Assembly: GCA_964531785.1 (NCBI GenBank)
Contig: CAZHFF010000001.1
Location: 7,880-71,879, forward strand
Length of the DNA: 64,000 nt
Direction: 5' to 3'
DNA from: an uncultured Candidatus Saccharibacteria bacterium
Lineage (GTDB): Bacteria > Patescibacteriota > Minisyncoccia > Phycocordibacterales > UBA12088
The notes beneath the pieces are model-generated. The model made no database searches. It saw nothing but the letters and a program-made list of their open reading frames with translations, and had not been told where the DNA came from. Below are positions 56,719-63,911 of the stretch, piece by piece (the first letter of the stretch is position 1; every line of letters begins with the position of its first letter). Made by a program: the position numbers and the translations under genes.

Positions 56719-58056
56719 ATGCGACGCATGCTCCGTGCCCGTGCGTCGGTGTCCTGGTACCCTATAGGCGTCGTGATGTTGTTTGGCGCAAGTTTCGCAC
56801 TGCTACCTCTGCCTGCTGTCGCACAGGAGAGCCTATCGCTTACGGTTACGCCGCCCCTCTTTCAGGTGAGCCTCAATCCGGGCGAGATCTGGAGCACCAC
56901 CGTCAGGGTCGTGAACGGCGGTGTCGTGCCCGTCATGCTCTATGCGGATCCGGTGCCGTTTTCGCCTCTGGGTGAGGCCGGCCGGCCGCGGTTCGACCTC
57001 ACGGCCCGAGCAGGTGAGGGTTCGGACGATCGGGAGCTGCTCGCCGATTGGATCGAGACGCTCGAAGCACCGCTTGAGGTGCGCGGTGAGCAAACGGTCG
57101 AGGTGCCGATCACCATACGGGTACCTGCGGACGCCTCGCCGGGTGGCCACTACGCAGCGGTCCTCATCGGGAACCGGGCGCCTGAAGCGCAAGGCGAGAG
57201 CACGGTGAGCGTCGCGAGCTCGATAGCGACCCTGTTCCTCGTGACCGTTGCGGGCGACATCGACGAGCGGGCGAGGATACGCGATTTCGTGAGCGACGAA
57301 CGGCTCTACGAGAAGCCGGAGGCGCGGTTCTCGCTCCGGTTCGAGAACCAGGGCAACGTCCACCTCATGCCCCAGGGCGTGATCACGATCTACAACATGT
57401 TCGGCAAAGAACGGGGCAGGGTCACGTTCAATGAGGGCGAGCACTTCGGCAATGTCTTGCCGGGCAGTATTCGCAAGTTCTCCTTTAGCTGGAAAGCCGA
57501 TTCGGGGGTATGGGACATCGGGCGCTACCGGGCGGAAGCGGTCCTTGGCTATGGCCGGGAAGCCAAGCGGTTCACCCAGGCGACGACATATTTTTATGTG
57601 CTGCCGATTCTGCCGCTTGCCGGTGCGCTCGGCGGAACGCTTTGCTTCGTACTCTTGCTCCTCTGGGGGGTTAGGGCGTACATTCGCCGGGCACTCCTCC
57701 TTGAGACCGCGCACCTCGTTGACCGGCCGGTCGCAGAGCCCGTGTCCGTACCGATCGTGCGAGCGCATATCGCGCTCGAGCCCCGTACGCTCCTGCGACC
57801 GATCTCGGAAGGTATGGTCGACCTCAGGCGTATCGCACGGCCGACGAGTATGCCCGAAGCATCGAACGTGCCGACAGAGCCCGTGTTCGGTACGATCGGT
57901 TTTCTCACAAAGTACCGCTACTTCTTTCTGTTCATCGCGCTTGCCGGTCTCGGATGGGTCCTCATATCCGCGCTCCTTACCGACGTGCTCACCTATGAGC
58001 GATCGTTCGAGGTTTCGGTCGACGAGGCAGCATCTGAGGTGCACGACCTTGACTGA
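56719..58056 (+). CDS. Surface-locus paralog 2 (DUF916/DUF3324-like, tentative) with a second C-terminal TM
   Basis: Signal VVMLFGASFALLPLPAVAQE. ADWIETLEAPLEVRGEQTVEVPITIRVPADASPGGHYAAVLIG. FSLRFENQGNVHLMPQGVITIYNMFGKERGRVTFN. TMs: LAGALGGTLCFVLLLLWGV and YFFLFIALAGLGWVLISALL. The track start 56473 overlaps paralog 1. Confidence 0.7.
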   Translation: MRRMLRARASVSWYPIGVVMLFGASFALLPLPAVAQESLSLTVTPPLFQVSLNPGEIWSTTVRVVNGGVVPVMLYADPVPFSPLGEAGRPRFDLTARAGEGSDDRELLADWIETLEAPLEVRGEQTVEVPITIRVPADASPGGHYAAVLIGNRAPEAQGESTVSVASSIATLFLVTVAGDIDERARIRDFVSDERLYEKPEARFSLRFENQGNVHLMPQGVITIYNMFGKERGRVTFNEGEHFGNVLPGSIRKFSFSWKADSGVWDIGRYRAEAVLGYGREAKRFTQATTYFYVLPILPLAGALGGTLCFVLLLLWGVRAYIRRALLLETAHLVDRPVAEPVSVPIVRAHIALEPRTLLRPISEGMVDLRRIARPTSMPEASNVPTEPVFGTIGFLTKYRYFFLFIALAGLGWVLISALLTDVLTYERSFEVSVDEAASEVHDLD

Positions 58057-58241
58057 TCGGCATGCCGTGCGGTTATCCACAGGAGCCCACCTACCTCGTC
58101 GGTAAACCACGGTATACTGGTTCATGAATGCATGCCCCCTGTATTCCAACATAAGGTATGTGTTCGCACCATCACCGCGCGCCTCTGTGCACGATCGGTT
58201 TTTTCGTAGCTTTTTATTAACTTATCGGTAATACAACCACA

Positions 58242-59438
58242 ATGAATTCGTTAGCACATGTACTTACTTTGCCGGTGCGATCCATAGCGATCGTCACCGC
58301 GCTCGCACTTCTTGCCTGGAGCATGGGCCTGCCGGCCTGGATACACACCGCACAGGCAGCAACCCTCGAGGAGGTGAGCGACACGCTCTCGGTCGGACCT
58401 TCCGCGACCGAAGGTGCGTCCTCGCCCGGTGCCAACGCCGCGCACCGCATCCGCTTCACCACACCGAGCGGTATGGTGGGAGGCCAGAATCTCCGCGTCA
58501 CGTTCGATCCGGAGAATAGCCTGTTCGACCTTACAAATGTTGCCGTTGGGGATATCTACATCGTAGCGGGCGCTACTAAGGTGGACGCTGTCGGTAGCTG
58601 TACCGGTGGTGATACAAGCGAGATATACCCGACCATGAACCCTGACAGCATTGATTTCACCGTCTGTTCGGGTGACACGATCGCGTCGACGACCGACTTC
58701 ATCATCGATGTCGGCACCTCGACGGGCGGTAACCTGATCAATAACCCGGCAACTCCCGGTTCGTACGTGATCCAGATCGGCGGCGACCCGGCAAGCACCG
58801 CGGCCGACTCTGGCGATACCCGCGTGGTGATCCTCAACGAGGTCACCGTGACCGCGGCGGTCAATACGATCTTCACCTTCAGCGTGAACCCGGTCATTGA
58901 GGGTGTCACGGTAAACGGCGACGCCGTGCAAACCTCGACCACGACGACCGCGACCGCTATACCGTTCGGCGTGCTGTCACCGAATACGGCAAAGCTTGCA
59001 GCACAGGAGCTTCGCGTCGACACGAATGCCCTCAACGGCTTCAGCGTCACGGTCCAGGCGGACCAGACCCTGACCGCAGGGAATGGCGCAACCATCGATG
59101 AGTTTACGGACGGTACAGCCGACGCGACCCCGACCGAATGGGCTGGTCCGACCGGCACGATGGGTGCGGACGACACCTATGGCCACTGGGGACTCACCAC
59201 CGATGATACTGCGCTCTCGAGCCTCCTCGATTTCTTCCCGGACCCGGAGCCGCGCTATGTCGGCAACTTCATCGACAACCCGGTCGAGGTCTTCTATCAC
59301 AATACTGCGGTCGAACAAACTGCGGGAACCGGTGTGGGCTCGACCACGGTCGCGTACAAGATCGAGATCATGGAGCTGCAGGAAGCGGCAAAGGATTATA
59401 CTGCGACGCTCACCTACATCGCGACCCCGGTCTTCTAA
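58242..59438 (+). CDS. Secreted 398-aa protein. Its C-terminal ~190 aa is homologous to the C-terminus of the giant protein (WxL-like, tentative). Its N-terminal domain is related to that of the 61275..63149 product.
   Basis: Signal ..IAIVTALALLAWSMGLPAWIHTAQA. C-terminal IFTFSVNP..ATAIPFGVL..LRVDTNALNGFSVTV..YGHWG..VAYKIEI..YTATLTYIATPVF parallels LSFTVTG..AFSIPFGNL..LSVSTNATRGYQVFL..FGYHAG..IIYRIRV..YESRMGYVIVPVF. Confidence 0.7.
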   Translation: MNSLAHVLTLPVRSIAIVTALALLAWSMGLPAWIHTAQAATLEEVSDTLSVGPSATEGASSPGANAAHRIRFTTPSGMVGGQNLRVTFDPENSLFDLTNVAVGDIYIVAGATKVDAVGSCTGGDTSEIYPTMNPDSIDFTVCSGDTIASTTDFIIDVGTSTGGNLINNPATPGSYVIQIGGDPASTAADSGDTRVVILNEVTVTAAVNTIFTFSVNPVIEGVTVNGDAVQTSTTTTATAIPFGVLSPNTAKLAAQELRVDTNALNGFSVTVQADQTLTAGNGATIDEFTDGTADATPTEWAGPTGTMGADDTYGHWGLTTDDTALSSLLDFFPDPEPRYVGNFIDNPVEVFYHNTAVEQTAGTGVGSTTVAYKIEIMELQEAAKDYTATLTYIATPVF

Positions 59439-59468
59439 GTCCACAGAGAGTACATCGTGCTTCATTGG

Positions 59469-59506
59469 CAGAACGCCGCAGCTATGCGGCGTTCTGTTTA
59501 TTGTTT
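59469..59506 (+). terminator. Rho-independent terminator
   Basis: CAGAACGCCGCA-gcta-TGCGGCGTTCTG (12-bp stem) followed by TTTATTGTTT. Confidence 0.85.
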
Positions 59507-59586
59507 CCCCAGCCCGTGCATAGGTTCCGGTGCCGAGTTCGCTATGTGCATGGTATACTCTTCGTCATATACGCTAGCAACACGCC

Positions 59587-60660
59587 ATGTTCCAAACGGT
59601 TTTTCGCGTTTCGCGTCCGCTCGTACTCATTGCCCTGGTATTGTTTGCGATACTTAGCTCGGCATCGGAGCTTTTCGCTCAAGGCTTGGGAGTCACCATT
59701 GCACCTGCAACGATCGATGAGCGGGTCGACCCGGGTGGCAGTCTGACAGGCGCGCTCACGGTGACCAATGTGAGCAATGAGCGCGAGACTTACGTGATCG
59801 GCACACGTAACGTGACCGGCATGGAAGCGAAAGGGACGCCGCTCTTCGAGCGTGGCCCGAGCGCAGACCCGCTCGCGTCGGCGAGCTGGATCAAGCTCGA
59901 GGTTACCATGCTTGAGCTGGGACCCGGCGAGAGCGGACAGGTGCCCTACCGGATCGAGGTACCCGTGGATGCGGAGCCGGGAGGACACTTTGCGGCGTTC
60001 TTTATTACCCGCGAGGCTGATACGGTGCTCGAGTCCGGTGCTGGGGTCGGGTTCCACGTCGCATCGCTCGCGAACCTGCGGGTGAGCGGCGAGGTGGTCG
60101 AAGATATCGTGTTCAAGGAGTTCTCGACCGGCAAACTGCTCTACACGAAGCCACCGGTCGACTTTTCGGTCCGGTTCGAGAATACCGGCAACGTACATGA
60201 ACGGCCCCAGGGCATCATTACGTTGACCGACCTCTTAGGGAACGAGGTGAGCCAGCTGCCGGTCAACGAGAACGCTGGGGCTATTCTGCCAAGGGCCGAG
60301 CGCCTGTTCGCAGAGGTGTGGGAGCATGAGGGGTTCCTCCTCGGTCGGTACCAGGCACGAGCAAGCGTCATGTTCGGCGATCGCGAGAAGAAGACGATCA
60401 CGCGGGAGACGACGTTCTGGGTCGTGCCACTGCGCGAGGTCGGCGTGGTGCTCGGTAGCATACTCGGCCTCGTCCTGCTCTTAGCGCTCGTGGTCCGCGC
60501 GTACGTACGGCGCATACTGAGGTCCGCTGGCGCTGACACGGCACGAACCAGTGCGGCACGCGCTCGGGCGAGCTTTGCGCAGAGGCTCTTACGGACTACG
60601 CTCTGGTTCGCTGCACTCGTTGCCCTCGGTGTGATAAGCCTCATCGTGTTCTTTGCCTAG
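59587..60660 (+). CDS. Surface-locus paralog 3 (DUF916/DUF3324-like, tentative) with two C-terminal TMs
   Basis: Signal LVLIALVLFAILSSASELFAQ. ASWIKLEVTMLELGPGESGQVPYRIEVPVDAEPGGHFAAFFIT. FSVRFENTGNVHERPQGIITLTDLLGNEVSQLPVN. TMs: VGVVLGSILGLVLLLALVV and LWFAALVALGVISLIVFF. Confidence 0.7.
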   Translation: MFQTVFRVSRPLVLIALVLFAILSSASELFAQGLGVTIAPATIDERVDPGGSLTGALTVTNVSNERETYVIGTRNVTGMEAKGTPLFERGPSADPLASASWIKLEVTMLELGPGESGQVPYRIEVPVDAEPGGHFAAFFITREADTVLESGAGVGFHVASLANLRVSGEVVEDIVFKEFSTGKLLYTKPPVDFSVRFENTGNVHERPQGIITLTDLLGNEVSQLPVNENAGAILPRAERLFAEVWEHEGFLLGRYQARASVMFGDREKKTITRETTFWVVPLREVGVVLGSILGLVLLLALVVRAYVRRILRSAGADTARTSAARARASFAQRLLRTTLWFAALVALGVISLIVFFA

Positions 60661-60758
60661 CCTGGTGACTACTACCCTTGCTCGGGATACGTCCCGCTGG
60701 TACGCTAGAGGTACGGAAGGTAAGTGGTCGCATCCGTGCTCGTTTTCACAGCTTGTTT

Positions 60759-61115
60759 ATGCTTTGGCAGTACACACGACGTGATACCAAGGTGCTTCTC
60801 CTTGCGGTGCTCGCAACGTTTTCGGCGTATGGTTTCCTGGTCGGCGAAGGCTGGCGGACCGCGAGCAGCGGCATGCACCTCACGGCGAACACGGTCGCGG
60901 TCATGGCCGGGGTCGAGGAAAACCGGACGAACACGCTGCTCGCGGAACTGAACGCGCGCGAACGAGCCCTGGCTGCACGCGAGGCGGCCGCAGGCGCTGG
61001 TCTTCGTAGTGATGATGGGATACTGCTTGTCGTCACGCTCATCGGCACGTCGCTCCTAGGTCTTATTCTGCTCAACTTCTATCTTGACAGCCGGCGGCGG
61101 TTCACGTTCAAGTAG
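60759..61115 (+). CDS. Small 2-TM protein with an intervening coiled-coil
   Basis: MLWQYTRRDTKVLLLAVLATFSAYGFLV..NTLLAELNARERALAAREAA..ILLVVTLIGTSLLGLILLNFYL. Inner part of track ORF 60678..61115. Confidence 0.4.
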   Translation: MLWQYTRRDTKVLLLAVLATFSAYGFLVGEGWRTASSGMHLTANTVAVMAGVEENRTNTLLAELNARERALAAREAAAGAGLRSDDGILLVVTLIGTSLLGLILLNFYLDSRRRFTFK

Positions 61116-61274
61116 CAGAGACGTCCGTGCTTCGGTCTTCGCGGTGTGGTGGATAAGCCACGGCCCTAAGCCACGGGACGCGTTACAATAGCGCTACAGA
61201 CGTTCTGTGGCAGTGCGATCGTGCACGCACCACGCACGGCTTCGGTGGTGCCTGTACCACCGCTTCTTACGATC

Positions 61275-63149
61275 ATGAGTCCCCGCTTCACTCGTTCTGC
61301 TCCTCTCCTTTTCCTCTTCGTGATAGGTATGCTGCTCGGAATGGGGAGTCACGGTGCGGCGCAGACCACCTCGTACCTGTCGAACATTCGCAACCTGCTC
61401 TCCACGTCGGCACCGAATACGCCGACCGACCAGACGCTCACCTTCACGCTGGGCCAGTCGATACCGCCCAATGGCGCGATCGAGCTCATGTTCAACGAGG
61501 GTGGGTTCACCATACCCGCGCTCCTCAACTTCAGCGACGTCGATGTGGCGTTCGGGCCGCCGGGCGGTCCTTACACCGAGCGGCCGCTTTCCTCTGCACA
61601 GACCGCCGGTTCGGACCGGATCGTAGTGACATCGGGCACTGCTGGTAAGGTGCGCGTCGACCTCAATACCTCGGTCGGTATCGGGGCGGGGAACGAGGTG
61701 CGTATCAAGATCGGTCACCACGCGACGTTCGGTGCGTTCGGTGACCAGCGAATGGTGCTCGGCACGACGACCAAGTCCTACCCGGTGACGATCTACACCT
61801 ATGATGCGGCCGATGCCGAGCTCGAGTACGGGCGCACCATGATAGCTATCGTTGATCGGGTCGGCGTGGGTCCGGTCGACACCGACGATGTCACTCCGCC
61901 GGTCATACTGAGCGCCGAACCCTCAGGACTCCTCCAGGTCGGGACCCGTGCCGTGCAGCTCTGGGTCGTGACCGACGAGCGTTCCCGCTGTCGTTGGGCG
62001 ACCTCAAGCATCAGCTACGTGACGATGCCGTACCAGTTTACCTCGACGAGCACCTCAGGGCTGGCGTTCTGGAACTTCGGGATCTACAGCGGACTCGAGG
62101 ATGATACCGACTACGAAGTCTACGTCAGCTGTCGGGATTTCCGTGACAATACCATCGACCCACCCTACCTCCTTGAGTTCACGGTCGGTATCGAGCCCGG
62201 GAGTGCTTCCTCGACCGCGACTTCGACGGGAACCGGGACCGGCACAGGCACGTCGACCGCGACCTCAAGCTGCGTCGGCCCGGAGTGTACCGGCAGCGGC
62301 ACAGGGAGCGGCACCGGTGCATCGGGAAGCGGCAGCGGCTCGAGCCCTTCCGGGGGTGACGGATCGGGAAGCGGCAGCGGGAGCACGGGAACCGGGTCTG
62401 GCGCCGGTACGAAGCTCCCCCAGGCCTCTGTCCGTATCGACGGGTACGCGTACCCGGGCGCGACGGTCTCGATACTCCAGGACGGGGCACTCTCACGTGC
62501 GATCGTTGCCGGGAGCGATGCGCGCTTCGCGCACACGATCGACGGTCTGGATCGCGGTTCGTACTCGTATGGTGTCTTTGCGGTCGACACAGCGGGAGTG
62601 CGAAGCGCGACGTATGCGACGACGATGTGGCTCCGTTCGGCCAGCTTGAGCACCTTGTCGAACATCATGCTGCCGCCCACGCTCAGTGTTGCTGCGACGA
62701 AAGTAGACCCGGGTGTGCCGATCGCTGTGTCGGGCTTCAGTGCGCCCGGTGCGCTCGTAACGGTGTGGCTGCGTCCGCGACTTGCGGTGGTTACGACCGC
62801 TGACGTCGTGGCAACAACGACCGCAGCCGCAAGCGGCAGCTACACGCTCACGCTCGCAACGGACACGCTGCCTCAAGGAACCTACGAGCTTGTCGCACAG
62901 GGAAGCATCGCCGAGGCCGGTATAGAGAGCGATAAGAGCGCACGGAAGACGATCGGTGTCGGTGTCGATGTAGGACCCTCGGAAGGAGCAGGACAGGGGG
63001 ATCTCAACGGCGACGGGTTCGTGAACCTCGTTGACTTCTCGATCTTGCTCTTTAACTGGAACACCGCGAACGCGGTTGCAGACATCAACAAGGACGGAAT
63101 CGTGTCGCTTCCCGACTTCTCGATCATGTTGTTCTACTGGACCGGATAA
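61275..63149 (+). CDS. Secreted 624-aa surface protein: N-terminal domain related to the 58242 product, Ig-like middle domains, Gly/Ser/Thr linker, C-terminal dockerin-like module
   Basis: Signal MSPRFTRSAPLLFLFVIGMLLGMGSHGAAQ. Linker STGTGTGTGTS..GSGTGSGTGASGSGSGS..GSGSGSGSTGTGSGAG. C-terminus listed separately. Confidence 0.7.
   Translation: MSPRFTRSAPLLFLFVIGMLLGMGSHGAAQTTSYLSNIRNLLSTSAPNTPTDQTLTFTLGQSIPPNGAIELMFNEGGFTIPALLNFSDVDVAFGPPGGPYTERPLSSAQTAGSDRIVVTSGTAGKVRVDLNTSVGIGAGNEVRIKIGHHATFGAFGDQRMVLGTTTKSYPVTIYTYDAADAELEYGRTMIAIVDRVGVGPVDTDDVTPPVILSAEPSGLLQVGTRAVQLWVVTDERSRCRWATSSISYVTMPYQFTSTSTSGLAFWNFGIYSGLEDDTDYEVYVSCRDFRDNTIDPPYLLEFTVGIEPGSASSTATSTGTGTGTGTSTATSSCVGPECTGSGTGSGTGASGSGSGSSPSGGDGSGSGSGSTGTGSGAGTKLPQASVRIDGYAYPGATVSILQDGALSRAIVAGSDARFAHTIDGLDRGSYSYGVFAVDTAGVRSATYATTMWLRSASLSTLSNIMLPPTLSVAATKVDPGVPIAVSGFSAPGALVTVWLRPRLAVVTTADVVATTTAAASGSYTLTLATDTLPQGTYELVAQGSIAEAGIESDKSARKTIGVGVDVGPSEGAGQGDLNGDGFVNLVDFSILLFNWNTANAVADINKDGIVSLPDFSIMLFYWTG
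62991..63146 (+). other. Dockerin-like duplicated Ca-binding (EF-hand-like) module at the C-terminus of the 61275..63149 product
   Basis: GDLNGDGFVNLVDFSILLFNW and ADINKDGIVSLPDFSIMLFYW, two D-x-N-x-DG-x-[VI]-x(3)-D-F segments ~30 aa apart. Confidence 0.7.
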
Positions 63150-63361
63150 CGACCCGACCGATGACGCGTGAGTGCGCTACGTCAGACACCTCGCAGCTTT
63201 ATGTTATCTTGAATTGCCAAGTGATAAGGGCACCAGCGTGCGCAACGCGGACCTGCGTATCCGTTCGATCGATCACCTGGCGGTGCTGCATGAGCGCATC
63301 AGTGATCTTCGTTTTATCCACATCATGCTTCGCACGTGTTGCGCTCGCATCGTGTTGCTAG

Positions 63362-63370
63362 TGGTATACT
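63362..63370 (+). promoter_or_regulatory. Extended -10 promoter element TGGTATACT upstream of hsp20 (55-nt leader)
   Basis: Sequence gttgctagTGGTATACTgac. The same GGTATACT core also occurs upstream of 7467, 58242 (58111-58118) and 59587 (59552-59559). Confidence 0.45.
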
Positions 63371-63425
63371 GACAGTACTAACGCAGGAGGTTCGTCACGC
63401 GTTCTTTAGGGGTTAGCACATTCCT

Positions 63426-63911
63426 ATGGGCACATTCATGGATAAACTCAAAGGCAAAGGTATCGTCGACAAGGATGGCAATCCGTCTGCTACTCCTCCG
63501 CCTGCTGGCGGCCACCAGGAGGTGATCCCCGGGCACGCGCTCCAGCTTCCGGTCGACGTGTACCAGGCTGACCACGAGATCATCATCTACGCGCAGCTTG
63601 CGGGTATGGATATGCATACGCTCGATGTCTCGATATCGGGCGATAATGACGTGGTCACGATACAGGGCAGCTCACTTAGGCCGGAGCACCTCATGAAAGA
63701 GTCACACGCGGCGAACAGCGGTGAATTCACCCTTGAGGAGTGCCACTGGGGTGACTTCTATCGCCAGATCATCCTTCCGGACGAGATCGACCCTGAGCGC
63801 GCCGAGGCGAAGACAAAGGACGGCGTGCTCGTTCTCAGGCTTTCGCTTGCGGGGAAGGGTACCACCGGTCACAAGCTCAATATCGTACGTGCGGACGATC
63901 ACCAGGCATAG
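63426..63911 (+). CDS. Hsp20/alpha-crystallin family small heat-shock protein
   Basis: Alpha-crystallin core LPVDVYQADHEIIIYAQLAGMDMHTLDVSISGDNDVVTIQG..FYRQIILPDEIDPERAEAKTKDGVLVLRL. Confidence 0.9.
   Translation: MGTFMDKLKGKGIVDKDGNPSATPPPAGGHQEVIPGHALQLPVDVYQADHEIIIYAQLAGMDMHTLDVSISGDNDVVTIQGSSLRPEHLMKESHAANSGEFTLEECHWGDFYRQIILPDEIDPERAEAKTKDGVLVLRLSLAGKGTTGHKLNIVRADDHQA

Noticed and set aside
56833-58152. A 439-aa minus-strand ORF overlapping paralog 2.
   Set aside because: It is antisense to a gene with a signal peptide, TM segments and two paralogs in the same window. Its Arg/His/Asp-rich composition is typical of a shadow ORF.
62200-62410. A periodic short repeat that might be mistaken for a CRISPR or tandem-repeat array.
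   Set aside because: It is in frame inside a long ORF and encodes a Gly/Ser/Thr linker. The repeats are triplet-scale and imperfect, with no spacer structure.
63411-63417. A CIRCE (HrcA operator) half-site, TTAGCAC, just upstream of hsp20.
   Set aside because: There is no matching GAGTGCTAA arm at the required 9-nt spacing. I also checked CTTGAATTGCCAAG at ~63208-63221 as a HAIR-like repeat, but it has only 4 paired bases per arm.
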